From assembly GCA_964016885.1 (NCBI GenBank), contig OZ024740.1, forward strand, positions 388,864,001 through 388,928,000: a stretch of 64,000 nt of DNA, in the 5' to 3' direction. Below are positions 42,586-56,152 of the stretch, piece by piece. Position 1 is the stretch's first letter; every line of letters starts with the position of its first letter. Position numbers and translations under genes: made by a program. Source of the DNA: Eledone cirrhosa. Lineage: Eukaryota. A model generated the notes under the pieces. It worked only from the letters and a program-made list of their open reading frames with translations, was not told where the DNA came from and did not search any database.

Positions 42586-43418
42586 GGGAGGAGGTTATAG
42601 TTCACTTGAAGCATTGTGTAATGAGGTATAAACGTTAGAATATGTGTAATAAGGCCAAGACAATGCAGATATGGACATAGAAAAAGAATGCAATAGTGAG
42701 AGATATTGATGAGGATTCGTCTTTCACCTTGAATTTATTTAAATGTCCTTAATTTTCGAGATAATATCTCTTCTTCGGAGGGAAGTAAAAGTCTCAGACC
42801 AGCGTCTAAATTTCCAATGAAGCCATGCTGACCGGAAATAGTATAGAGTTCTAACTTTAATATCAAAGAATTAAAATTAGGTGGGTAAAGAGTAGTCTCC
42901 CTTTAAGAGGGGTTTGTTTATGTTTTTGTTGTGTTTTTTAAATTTTATATGCGTGCCTGTATATGTGTGTGGGAGAAAGCATGAAGGTGTAGGTATGTGT
43001 GTGTGTGAGTGTGGGAAGATAGGTCTAATCGTAAAAGTGGGGGGTAGGTGTTATCTGGTGTTAGAACTGGTTTTGTGTGTGTATGTGTGAGAGAGAATAA
43101 GTGGAGGTGTGTGCGTGCGTGTGTGTGGGGTGTGTAAAGTGGGGCTAGAGGCCCTATCAGGTTATAAATTGGGTGTTGAGCTCTAGTCTATTATTGATTG
43201 GTGGATGTGTTCTATCTATAATGAGTGCTTCCTTGATTCTAAGATTACCGAGGTTTCTTTCTTTAGTTTCTATCCTAACTGTTATGTTTTTATCAGTGTT
43301 TTTGCATTTAACTAGGTGTTTCTTAAATGAGGAAGCGTTAGTATTGAGGTGTTCTTTTATTCTTATGTGGAGTGGTCTGGTGGTGCTACCTACGTAGAAG
43401 TTGTTGCAACTGTTAATG
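42586..43418 (-). mobile_element. Fragment of a different PLE family (GIY-YIG C-terminus plus 3' region)
   Basis: Minus strand ~43170-43412 reads NSCNNFYVGSTTRPLHIRIKEHL...LRIKEALIIDRTHPPINNRLE. Confidence 0.8.
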
Positions 43419-43419
43419 A

Positions 43420-44106
43420 ATATATATGTGTGTATATATTAATTTTAATTTTTGTTTACCTATAATTATATTCTACTATAGATAAAATACAATATCTGTT
43501 TTAATTATTATAAACCTAATTAACATATACTATAGAAATTAATATATAATTTTTAATTTAGTTAACCTATAATTTATATTCTACTACCGATGTAATACTT
43601 TATTTGGTTTTTTTCCCTATTACTAAATTCATTTCCTAATATTGATACCATAACGTTAATAATTTTAATTTAGTTATACTATAATTAATACTCTACTACT
43701 ATTTAACTTCAAAATTCCGCTTCAAATATTATAAACCTAAGTAGTATACACCTTAGAAATCAATATATTAACTATCTTTAATTTAGTTAACCTATAATTA
43801 ATAGTCTACTTATATTAAAATGCATAATTTTGCCTTCTTTCTTACATTTCCTAATATTGAAACTACTATGTAAACACATATTATGATCTAAATGCAAATT
43901 AATATTCTATGTTTCTTGAAACCTATATTTACTATAATCCCCCCCCCCTCGCCCCCCCCCCCTATTATTATTTGTATTTGTAAGCGTGGATGTATGTATG
44001 TATATGTAGGTAGGTATGTATGTTTGGGTGTTTGTATGTGAGTATAAAAATACATATGTGCGCATGTAAATAAGGGTGTATGATTGTATGTATATATATA
44101 TATATG

Positions 44107-44145
<39 letters not shown>

Positions 44146-44261
44146 GTATCTATGTATTTATGTGAGTATATGTGTGTATGTATATGTATGCGCATGTATA
44201 CGTCTATGTGTATATATGTGTGTATGTGTATATATGTACGTATATGTGCATGTATATGTGA

Positions 44262-44339
<78 letters not shown>

Positions 44340-44341
44340 CT

Positions 44342-44378
<37 letters not shown>

Positions 44379-44420
44379 AGTTGATGTGTGTATGTGTATA
44401 TATATATGTGTATGTATATG

Positions 44421-44495
<75 letters not shown>

Positions 44496-44620
44496 GTGTA
44501 TATATATATATGTATGTGTGTGCATATTTGTCTAACTGGGTGTATTAATTAATTTATTTATTTATTTATTTTATTTTTTTTTTTTTTATTTCTTTATTTT
44601 TATATATATGTATATATATG

Positions 44621-44651
<31 letters not shown>

Positions 44652-44879
44652 GTGTGTGTGTATGTATATGTATGTATGTATGTATGTGTATGTATATGTG
44701 TGTGTGTGTGTATGTGTGTATATATTTATATCTGTATATATATCTCTATTTATATATGTATATATGTGTATGTATATCCCTTTATTTATGTATGTCTGAG
44801 TTGTGTGAGCGTGTGGTTGTGTTTGTATGTGTATACGCATACATGGATGTGTATATGTGTATGTGTACATGTGCGTGTG

Positions 44880-44926
<47 letters not shown>

Positions 44927-44945
44927 TGTGAATGTATGTATATAT

Positions 44946-44977
<32 letters not shown>

Positions 44978-45060
44978 GTGTGTATATATGTATATGTCTA
45001 TGTATTTATATGTGTATATGTATGTGTCTCTATATGTATGTGTTTATGTATATGTGTATG

Positions 45061-45134
<74 letters not shown>

Positions 45135-45170
45135 TGTATATCGATGTATATTTTATATTTTACTTGTTTA

Positions 45171-45210
<40 letters not shown>

Positions 45211-46014
45211 CTTAATATTTTTCTTTTTTCTTTTTCTTTTTATTTCTAAATTTATAGATACATTTATAAATAGGCAGTTTGCTGACACCAGTAAATACTG
45301 ACCTCCCCCCCCCCCCCCACCTACTTTCTGTATCTGGATCTAAATATGTGTGGCAGTGTTTATGTGCGCGCATTAATGTCTATATGCTTATGATAATATT
45401 ATATACACATATATGTGTGTGTGAGTGTGTGTGTGTATGTATGTTCGTGGTTGTGTGTATGTTTATGCGTATATGCGCGTGTGTGTGTGAATGTATGTAT
45501 ATGTGTGAGTATATGAATGTGTATATATTTATTTTTATATTTATATGTTTATATGCGTATATGTATTTTATCTGTAGATTATAAACATACAGAGACATTA
45601 GCCCTGAATTTTTGTATTTACATACATCTTTTCGGCATGCGTATGCATGTGAACATATATATTTTTATGCATATCTGTGAACGAAGTTACTTACATATAT
45701 ACACACACCTAACTGTATAAACTTTTTGTGTTTCCATTGGTCAATTTGAACTCTGTTCCCAAACAGACCTGTAATTTTGAATTGTTGTTATTATCAATAA
45801 ATATATTTCATTATTTCTGAAGACGGCATATATATGAGTTGGTATGTATATTTAATTTTGATAGTTTGTATAATTTTGTATAATTTTGTACATAGATCTG
45901 TTAAATATACATGCCAATTCTAACACATATATATCCCAGAAACGATCGTTAAATAATAAACTTTTTTTGTTTAATATAAGGAACTGTTTCATTGTTTTAT
46001 TCATTATTTTTTTA

Positions 46015-46022
<8 letters not shown>
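43420..46022 (+). mobile_element. PLE family A copy A3 (partial 3' UTR, spacer, truncated pLTR)
   Basis: Colinear with 34120-37148. Ends at TAATATTTTA|(TA)n. Confidence 0.9.
45807..45960 (+). ncRNA. Family A hammerhead ribozyme with long stem II (copy 5)
   Basis: CTGAAGA at 45817-45823 and GAAACGATCGTT at 45939-45950. Confidence 0.72.
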
Positions 46023-46067
<45 letters not shown>

Positions 46068-46470
46068 TATTGCAGGTATCAATCGGCAGCCACTTTGTAT
46101 TAGGGAAATGATAATTTAATATCTCCTTTTCTATCCCTCCCCTTCTCGCAACAGTACAACAGTGTTGATAAAATGATCAGTAGTGTCAAACAACAGCTAC
46201 TTATATATACCTAAATGTCTGCTTATCTGATTGCATGTTTGTCTGGTTATCTCTCCAGCACTATCTGTCTAGCTCTAATTCTTTGCCTGTCCATTGCTTT
46301 ATATACCTCCCAGTCTCTCTACCCACCTCACTATATATTTATATATATATACATGAAATACCAATGATGGTTGGAAAATCACTGACGAAGGACTATTTTT
46401 ATCATATGTAACCCATGTGCAAACCACGCAGTATTCTTCTTTCTTCTCATGTTATATATATATATATATG

Positions 46471-46623
<153 letters not shown>

Positions 46624-46689
46624 AAAACAATGAAATAAACACAAAGAACAAGTTCTTAATATTAAAAAATTCATCATAATGATGATTTT

Positions 46690-46870
46690 TTAATATAAAG
46701 AACTTGTTCATTGTATTTATTAATTTATCTTGACTCTGTTTTCCTATGATTTTTATCGTATATTTTTGAATGCATCTTCTCTTTTCATGATATCTTCTAT
46801 ATTTGGATTACATTTAGTTCTTCATACGGATTGGACACTACCGTATATTTTGGTAGATTTATCTATATAT
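46690..46870 (+). mobile_element. Diverged relative of the family A pLTR 3' terminus
   Basis: Shares CTTGACTCTGT...GGATTACATT...GTTCTTCATACGGATTGGACACTACCGTA...TTGGTAGATTTATCTA with 37150-37283 but has many differences. Confidence 0.75.
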
Positions 46871-46874
46871 ATTG

Positions 46875-49800
46875 TTATACTTGGGGAGGGTCATATTTGT
46901 GTAATATTGCCAGAATTAATAACAGAACACACTCACTGTTTGGTTGGTTTTCGCTTTTCGCTTCTGTGTCTTTTATATCGGTAATTTAATTTATTCGGTC
47001 CTCAATGTTGCCATTGACGGACCGACGGTCAAAAATAATACAGATACAATATAGACACAAACACATATATATAGTTTATCAAAGTTCTTTCGTTGCACAT
47101 CTGCAACATCGTCAGTGGTGCTATTGTTTCCTCCCGCTGCATTGTATTTTCTACGCCATCTTTATTTAGTCTGTTTATATATTTATTTATTTGTTTATTT
47201 TATTTTGTCTTCTTTCCGCATGCGTTTGCGTGTGTGTATAGTGTTTTGTTTGATGTGTGTTCGTGATTGGGTGACTGTGTATTGGTTAATGTATTCTATC
47301 TTTACTAGTGTGTGTTTATATGTGTTTGTTGTTATTGTGCTTGTGTATGTATTTATTTATTTATTTATCTATTTATTTATTTATAATTCTCTTAGGTCAG
47401 TGTTGTTTGTTTGGGTGTTGTTATTCCATTCAGTTTTTCTGTTTAGCCTTGGCCTTCTAAGTTCTATTTCACTGGCCTCTCTGATTTGCCTATCTGCTGG
47501 GTCATTTCTATGTTTAGATATTCTAATTTCTATGTTGTCTATGTTACCGTCGTGTTGTTGTTTGGCATGTTCGTATAGTACTGAACCGGTTTTTTTTTTT
47601 TTGTCCTTTTAGTTCCCCCCAGTGTTGGTCTATCCTTTCACCTATGCTACGAGCTGTCTCGCCTATGTATGTTGTTGTCATGTTTCTGCAAGTACCCTCT
47701 GTACATCTTATGCTATAGACTACGTTTCTAGTTTTACAGTTTATCCGGCGGTTTACCTTACATATGATACATTTCCTATTGGTACAGTGGGTTTTCTTAA
47801 AAGGGTAGGTTTTGCTGATCAGGGATTTTATGGTGGTTCCTGGCTTTTCTACCACCTTAATCTTTAAGTGGGTCTTTCTTGGGGCCTTTCTACACTGGTT
47901 AGCTAATTTCCCTCCAGGGGTAGCGTCCACAAACATGACACTCTGGTATCTCTGGTTGTCGTACCATGAGATGGCTTTCCCTATCTTATGTCTAGCCCTA
48001 TCTAAGCTATTCCATGATTTACTCCTGTATAATGGACAAATTCCTTTCATGTCCAGTTCTATGAGGGTCTTATACTTCTCCGTGGCTCCTTCGTATACTC
48101 TGATTCTGTCTCTTTGGTTGTAGCCAGAGAAATGCATGCGGTTGATGAAGTGTTGGATGTGTCTTTCCATTTCTGTTGGGTCGCACATGCGGGACACGTT
48201 CTTCATCACTCGTACCAAGTCTGCGATCAGAATATTAAACTTAGCACTACTGGACATTGCTGGGGTTTTGAGTATCAGGTATTTGGAAGCCATGGGTTTA
48301 GCATAGTGTGAGTGGAGAATTTGGGCTCTCTCGTCTATAGTGTTAATCCAGAGTTCCGTGTCTAATACAGGTAGTCTATTGTTAGGGTGTTTGGAAGGGT
48401 AGTCGATAGTTACAGTTATACTCTGGTGTATGGAATTAGCTATCTGCTGGATGCTTTACATTGTGCTACGTTCTAAATAAAACCTGTTAGTGCTCTCTTG
48501 TGGGGATGTTCTTATAACTATATTGATATCGTCTACGTAACGAGAGTACATGATGAGGTCTATGGAGCTCTCATTAAGGAGATCTTTAAGTCTCCTTTCC
48601 CACCATACCATAAAAAGGTTGGCAACGTCACCAGCTATGCTGACGCCAATGGCTGCTCCCTCATTTGGGGTGTAGATCTTCTCGTTGAACTTGAATATGT
48701 GGCCCTTTAGGGTAGTTTTTATACTAGCCCCTATTGCATGTGCGACCATTTTTCTTACCTGATCATTGTTTTGGGGGGTCCGTATAGCTTTGGTCCACCC
48801 AATCCACCTTCCCATGGGAGTCTTTTTAGCCATTGAGGCTATGGTTGGGGGGGTCTACCTCTTATGGGTCTACTGGGGCAGAAACGTCTAAGGTCATGGC
48901 TGTCTAGGTAGTCAGTGTCGTAGATAAGTCTAAGTAGGAGGCCCAGTTCGTCTGTGTCGACGTCGCAGAACTCCACCTCACTCTCAATGATCATCTCCAC
49001 ACATTTTTCCTCAGCAAAATCAATGTTAATGGATGGGTACAGTGATACCACATCCATGCTGCCTATTATGCAGTTGGATAGATTCCTGTTTTTGTTGCAC
49101 CACTGATTCTGCTGAGGAGGTCCTCTGTACTGTCACATACATCTGGGGACATCTTGATTATGGGGCGTATAACCATTGAGAGGAAGTAGGAGATCCTGTA
49201 GTTGCTAGCTATATTTGCTCCGCATACGGGTCTTGTTGGTGGTCCTGTTGTCGGGTCGTCGACTGTCTTGTGGTCTTTGCCATACAAGGGTGGTATGCCA
49301 TTGTTAGACGCCTGGAAGTTGTTGGCAGTGCGTCTGCTTGGCTTTAGGATGTCGGTGCACATCATCATGTGAGCGTTGAAGATTTTCTCTCTCCCATCAT
49401 GTATTTGCTGTGCAATTTCGCTCGTGTTGGTGATGTGGGGTTGCATAGCCTTGATGTAGTTCGGCATGCTATCTATTGACATCCTACCAGACTTATCCGT
49501 GGGTATACATACTACCTCGCCATCCCTTGTGCGCTGCTTGAGGCTAACCAAGCCTTCTACAGGTTTCCTCCCAAGTTGTTGGGCCTTTGGTCTGCTCTGT
49601 CTCTTAGTATACCGGTCTACTATTTATCTAATCTTATTTCTAGCTATGGTGAACTGTGCCTCTGTCTCGTCATCTATTTGTTGTGGCATTAAAACTCTTT
49701 TATTAAAGGGTAACCTCGTAGGATAGATATTGCCCATCTTATATGTTTTGTCAGCTGGGTTGAAGAATAGCTTCTCTAAGGGGTTGTCATTATATCTATC

Positions 49801-50875
49801 GTCATAGTTGTGTCTGTTGCTATTATTGTTATTATGGTGGTTGTTGTTGTTCCTATCATTAGCATTATTATTATTGTTATGATCGCTAGATTGCTAGATG
49901 TATTGTTGCTGTGATTGTTAGATGTATTGTTGTTATGATTCCTAGATGTATTGTTGCTGTGATTGTTGTTTTCTTCACCGTTATTGCTGTTTTTACTGTT
50001 ATTTCTACCATTGTGGTTGTTACTTTTATTATGTTTCTTGTTTTTGTTGTGTCTATCATTAATGTTGCTACATGTATTATTTCTATTATTACCACAGTGG
50101 TTGTTGTTGTTGTTATTCGTATTGTTACCGTTATTACTACTGTGGTCGCTGCTGATGTGTCTGTAGTTAATGTTTCTATTATTATTATTATTGTGGTTGT
50201 TGTTGTACTGTCTATCGTTAGTATTATTACCATTATTACTATTTCTCACTCTCCTGCTATTGTTATTGTTATGACTATTACTATTATAGCTGTTATTTCT
50301 ATACTCAGAGTTATTGTTTATATTACTACTATCGTTATTATTGTTGTTGTTGTCCGTATAGTTGTTGTTGTTGTTTACTTTTGCATTCCAACGTATTTTT
50401 GTGAAACATTTTCCATCTCCATTTTGCACTCAATGGGGTTAATCTTTTTGTAGATGGCAAATTTTGATGGTAGCTGCAGGATTTGTTGTCTTGTTCACTG
50501 ATAAAAGTGTTCCCATAAATATTTACTGTGTGGTCATTGGTAAATTCTACATCAGTCATACGGATATTGTTGATGTTATCTGGGTATTTTTGAGAATATT
50601 CTATTTTCCTTTCTTCTAGTTTTTTCTTATTCATCCATTCTAATTTCTTATTGAAATGCCTATTGCATTCGTTTCAGGCGTATTTCGTTTCACGTCGGAT
50701 GACGCTCATGAAGTCATCCCTTTCGTTTGGTGTGGTGAGATTTGGGACTTCCTTACCGTTAATGCGTTTCTGTCTGCAAAGTTCGTTGACTTTTGTGTAT
50801 GTTGTTCTTTTCATATTAACTGTTATTGTGTGTTTTAGTCGTTCAGCTTGTGTTTTGTTCAATAATAAATTATTT
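46875..50875 (-). mobile_element. Decayed PLE family C (RT + Cys-rich linker + GIY-YIG; Neptune/Nematis-like)
   Basis: Motifs PTDKSG, PPLYG.KDHK, MDVVSLYPSI, GAAIGVSIAGDVANLFM, YSRYVDD, CTNRKCIIC...NVVYSIRC...YIGETARSIGERIDQH. Multiple frameshifts; Asn-rich low-complexity insert at 49790-50380. Confidence 0.9.
47078..47120 (-). ncRNA. Degenerate hammerhead ribozyme motif of PLE family C
   Basis: Minus strand reads CACCA-CTGACGA-TGTTGCA GATG TGCAAC-GAAA-GAACTT-TGAT. Confidence 0.55.
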
Positions 50876-51735
50876 ACTGAGGTCCTGTTCCAGCCTGCAC
50901 CTGCCTCTGTCGCCCACTCTCCTTCCATCTCCATCGGAGGCACCCAGCTAAAGACGGTGGACGACTTCAAGTACCTCGACAGTGTCATCAGCAGCGATGG
51001 AAGCCTCGACAAGGAGATAAATGCCAGGATCTTCAAGGCCAGTCAAGCGCCTGAGGTGACGCGTCCTGAACCAGCACAACATCAGGCAGTCCACCAAGCT
51101 CAAGGTGTACAGGGCCTCTACGGATGTCAGACATGGGCCCTGTACAGAAGGCACTTGAAGCAGCTGGAACGGTTCCACATGCGCAGCCTGCGGTCAATCA
51201 TGAACATCAAATGGCAGGACAGGGTCTCCAACCTCGAAGTTCTTGACATGGCTGAGACAACCAGTGTCGAAGCTCTGATACTGAAGAGCCGACTTCGATG
51301 GGTGGGACATGAATCCGGATGGACGATCACAGGCTTCCGAAGCAACTGATGTATGGGGAACTCTGTTCGGGGAAACGAAAGCGGGGCAGGCCTCTCAAGA
51401 GGTTCAAAGACTGCGTGAAGTCCAGTATTAACAACACTGGAATCACCCAAAACAACTCGAGTCCCATGCTCAGGACAGGACTGAGTGGCGAGCCCTTACC
51501 AGACGCGCCAAAGACTCATTTGAAGAGAAGAGACGGGCAGAGGTCACTGAGGCCCGTGAAAGGAGGAGAAAGGCGTCAACAGCTGCCTCAAGCGACTCCG
51601 GTCTCTTCCCCTGCCCCAACTGTCCCTGGACCTGCAAGTCAAGGATCGGCCTCCACAGCCACCTTCGTGTCCACGGCAGACGGGAACTAAAATAAAGAAG
51701 ATGTCATCATCGTTTACGATGGACAACCAAGGGGT
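50876..51735 (+). mobile_element. RTE-BovB-like LINE 3' fragment
   Basis: TEVLFQP...FKYLDSVIS.DG.LDKEINARI, LYGCQTW, RLPKQLMYGEL..GKRKRGRP, and a terminal C2H2 finger FPCPNCPWTCKSRIGLHSHLRVH. GC-rich relative to flanks. Confidence 0.9.
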
Positions 51736-52364
51736 TATATATATATATTTATATATAAAATAATTAAGTCAAATATGAAAAATTTGGCTTCGTTTATTAT
51801 AAATTATAGATATACTGCTATATATATTTCGGTGACAGCCATCATTGGCTGTGACCTTATTGGTTGTAACACACACGCATTTTTTATATTTTTATTTGTT
51901 TGGCACCCCCCACCACGTGAAATAGTGGCAGGATAGATGCCAACCTACACACACTAAAGCTGACCTGCCAGCTGACCCCTTAACACCACTACCACTACCA
52001 ACACAATGGAGGAGGTCAGCTGTACTTAAACAAAAACAACTACAACAGATTGCCTCAGAAAAATGTCTATAGACTTTTGACTGAGGAATGTTCTCACAAC
52101 TGACCAATGGGATGCGAGCGTGCCCTATGACGCTGAAATTCGTTTGTTCTATCTCATATGATTCCAGTTCCTCAGAGAAATAACAACACAACCAGGAGCT
52201 GGACATATCGATGTATTGACGGAGTAAAACACACTTCAACAGCATGTGTACCTGTCTTTCCCACACCAATTCGGACTGCCTGAAGAGGTCACAGCCAATG
52301 ATGGCTATATATATATATAATGTATATATATATAATGTATATATATATAATGTATATATATATA

Positions 52365-52478
<114 letters not shown>

Positions 52479-53260
52479 GTATATGTATATATATAAATGA
52501 AAATAGAGAAATTAATGTGAGCAAGAATCCAACAGTAATTCATACATATAAGTGACTATTACGTCAAGATGGAAAATATTTAACGTAAGATATGGGTAAA
52601 TAATTCAATCCCAATTTTTAAAAAATGTCAAGACAGAAATTTTAACCACAGATTTTGTGTAATCCAGGGAAAAAACCAATAGAATCTTAATTCAGAATAA
52701 AATTAAGAGTAAATACTTATCCTTCAATTTGGAAAAATCTACAAATGCTCTATATAGTCTTAAAAAAAAACTATTTCACAAAACTTTTCAGTGGGGTTAG
52801 TCACGGTTGGAGTCGTTCATCAGTAGAGCTCAAACACAATAACCAAAATTCTCTGCTAAAATATGCCAAAAGGGAATTTAAAAGCAGGCTAGTTACACCT
52901 CGTGTGGAATTAAGATAATAAACGCACATGGAGAACAGCGCTAGTGACGTCAGAATGAGACGAATGACTGTTTACAAGAAACAGCAGTCAAAACATTCCG
53001 AAAAAAAATGAACAAAAGATATGGAGTTCAGCATAAAGCAATATTATCGCGGTTTATGTATATATATATAATGCATATATATATATATATATATAATGTA
53101 TATTCTGCTTATAATAATTTTGTTAGACATTCTTTTCCATTTACTCGCTTGGTTCGCTTGTCTTGCAATCTATACACATCAAGCAAACTAACATTCTCTC
53201 TACTGGCTTGTAATCTCCATAACTAATCACCTATTTCTCCTCTTTCATTGGCTTGCTTGC

Positions 53261-53302
<42 letters not shown>

Positions 53303-53308
<6 letters not shown>

Positions 53309-53486
53309 TGTAATAAACAACATAAGACAAGTATTCCATTTACCAAATGTTTCACGAAGACAGACGAGCTTGACACAGATGTCTGAAATCGGATGAGCAA
53401 TTTCAGACGTCTGTGTCGAGCTCGTCTGTCTTCGTGAAACCTTTGGTAAATGGAATAATTGTCTTATGTTGTTCATTACATAGCTA
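53303..53486. repeat. Fold-back palindrome, ~87-bp arms with 10-nt loop, in a (TA)n tract
   Basis: Arms 53303-53389 and 53400-53486 are reverse complements with few mismatches. Confidence 0.9.
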
Positions 53487-53649
53487 AATAGCTCTGTAGC
53501 CTACATAGAGCACTCTCCTTTCCTTTACCTTTCCTAGGAAACAATATATATATATATATATATATATAACGAAGGAGTTGTGGTAAGCGACCAGATGGAC
53601 CATAACGCACCAGAGTACTCAATACTTAGGGCAGTAGAGTGGGTAATAA

Positions 53650-53765
53650 AAAATGTATGAACCCGACGGCAGAGCTCAAGCCGTTTCGACGGCTATTTCT
53701 AGACTGAAATGTCCAGAAATAGCCGTCGAAACGGCTTGAGCTCTGCCGTCGGGGTCATACATTTT
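53650..53765. repeat. Fold-back palindrome, ~55-bp arms with 6-nt loop
   Basis: AAAATGTATGAACCCGACGGCAGAGCTCAAGCCGTTTCGACGGCTATTTCT and its reverse complement. Confidence 0.9.
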
Positions 53766-53779
53766 CCTATATATATATA

Positions 53780-53902
53780 TAGGGTGGCCCAAAAGTCGCA
53801 ATACATAGGAAATGTTTAAGTTTTCATATTTATCTATTTTGAATAAATTGTTTCTTATAAAACAATTATTTTTTTATGTATCGCAACTTTTGGGCCACCC
53901 TG
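53780..53902. mobile_element. Tc1/mariner-type MITE
   Basis: ~27-bp TIRs AGGGTGGCCCAAAAGTCGCAATACATA / TATGTATCGCAACTTTTGGGCCACCCTG with TA flanks. Confidence 0.8.
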
Positions 53903-53972
53903 TATATATATATTGTGTGTGTTATGTATAGTCATTAGTATAGTATAAGAATCCAGCCTCTATAATTTTCAG

Positions 53973-54062
53973 AAGAGGTCGGCGAGTACGTTGCTCTGAG
54001 GAACACCAACAGTGTGAAACAGAATCTGTCAGCTTCTCTCCCTTCCTTTGCTGAAAAAAGAA
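53973..54062 (+). CDS. Candidate 90-bp internal exon of an unidentified plus-strand gene
   Basis: Acceptor ATTTTCAG, donor GTAAGT, one open frame (EVGEYVALRNTNSVKQNLSASLPSFAEKR), unique non-repetitive sequence. No homology recognised. Confidence 0.35.
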
Positions 54063-55144
54063 GTAAGTGACAGAGTCATTACTTTAAAATAATACCGCAA
54101 GGTCTTCAAAATGTTTTTAATTAAACATACAGTATATTACCAAATATACTATACATACATTCATGTATACATCGCTATTTCAGAGCACCAATCCTAATTT
54201 TTAATTTTTGCTGGACCGGCAATCGCTCTGTATAATCAGTTCCTGATTATTACTGGAATTCTGAAAATAACCCCCAAAACTTCGTCCAACATAACCTTAC
54301 TCTTTTGAGAATGGTCACGTGACGACACAGGCAGAATCATTACTATGGGTAAAACATCTTTGTCGTCAGACTGAAATTTGGATTAGAACGAGCAAACCTG
54401 CCGATGACGGAAATTTCACTTCCATCGTGGAAGTGCACACATGTAGCATGTGCATTATGCAACTTGTTATGTAACTTCCAGGAGGTCCCAGAAACCAATC
54501 AGACTTTTATCGATTATATCGATTCTAATCAACAAGAGAAGGATTAGGTTAGTTTTCAACCTTTCTGTATTTATTTTGGTTTTGGTATATCTATGGCCAC
54601 TGCCTCCGGTCGTTTTCTTGGTGTCAAACCTTTTAACTGTTGTGTTTATTTTGGACGATAATGCATTAACTTCTCGTGCTATTGAGTGCTTTGGGATTAC
54701 CTCAAACAACTCGAATATTACCTGCTGTATGGCAGCTACAACTTCGGTTTAAGTATTTTTGCTGTATTTTCGCCGAATTTTTTCAAGCTAATTAATACGA
54801 TGTATCAAAACAAATTATTTGTAGGTTTGAAATTTTATTATTATTTTTCCCAATTAGATAAATTTCCTTTAGGATCTAATTATTGTAATATCTTTCAATG
54901 CGTGTATTTAATGAAGATTAACTGAAAAACAATTTATATTTAATGTCTTTTTTATTAAAAATATCGCTGAAAAAATATTTGAAGGAATATGATAGTTTAT
55001 CTCCATAGGATTGATGCAGAGAACAAGAATGTTGATTTCACATCAAAAATTCACTTCTAATATGCTGTTTCACTTTATTCATATTCTTTTAAATGTAGAT
55101 TACGTTCGAATGGCAATATCTTCTGAAGAAAATACTCTTAAACA

Positions 55145-55237
55145 TTACATAAATTTGGTACTGCATGCTGTGTCTACTTTTTCATCCTCGGGAATAAGAT
55201 CCTCATCCAGAATCTCAGATTTCATTTTATCGCGAAC
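55145..55237 (-). CDS. Membrane dipeptidase (peptidase M19, DPEP-like), terminal coding exon
   Basis: Acceptor TATTATTCAG in phase 0; reads VRDKMKSEILDEDLIPEDEKVDTACSTKFM*. Follows ...VFKAVEE in frame, as in the DPEP VE.VR...C pattern. Confidence 0.8.
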   Translation of the reverse strand, partial: VRDKMKSEILDEDLIPEDEKVDTACSTKFM

Positions 55238-55451
55238 CTGAATAATAATAAAGTAAACAGGTGTTCTTCAATTGTTAATAGAAAATAGAATATTTTTCAT
55301 GAAAGAACACATATATTTATGAAATATATTCAGGTGTGAAATATATTCGTATCATGGAATTTAATAAGTAGTTCAATTCATATCGAACATACATAAATAC
55401 ATATGACCGCCCCGAATAAATATATATATATATGGGGCCTGATTCTTTTCC

Positions 55452-55494
<43 letters not shown>

Positions 55495-55518
55495 ACATAT
55501 CTATATATAGTGCTTGTG

Positions 55519-55609
<91 letters not shown>

Positions 55610-55734
55610 GGGAAGTTTAGAACATGTTTACACTGTTTTTATATATTAATTATACATTAAATGCTGATTGTTCGATTTTATATTACAAATCAGCCCTTGC
55701 TTATGTCTATGTATTTATATATATATATTTCTGT

Positions 55735-55854
<120 letters not shown>

Positions 55855-56152
55855 ATAGAAAAAAGAGCCAAGTTATACTTAAAACATATCTTTATTCTAC
55901 ATATGATTCAATAGAGAGCAGTGGACCATACCATGATACATACGAGTTATTTGTTTATCGCTCTACATGTTTTCTATTAATAATTTATGACCTCTGCTGC
56001 CCGTATCCTAACAGTCTACAACAGAATCTCCAACGGCTGAGAACGTCCTTAGCCAATTTCGAATTACTACAGTATCCAGGAAATTGGATGGCATCGAGTT
56101 TCTCTAATCTTTACCAGGATCTATACTGGAATACCCCAATATCACCATATAT

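Noticed and set aside
50651-51349. 232-aa ORF as a host gene
   Set aside because: Chimera of antisense PLE family C sequence and the inserted RTE fragment.
52945-54323. CRE (TGACGTCA, 52945) and E-box (GTCACGTGAC, 54314) motifs
   Set aside because: Short motifs expected by chance in 64 kb; no transcription start evidence.
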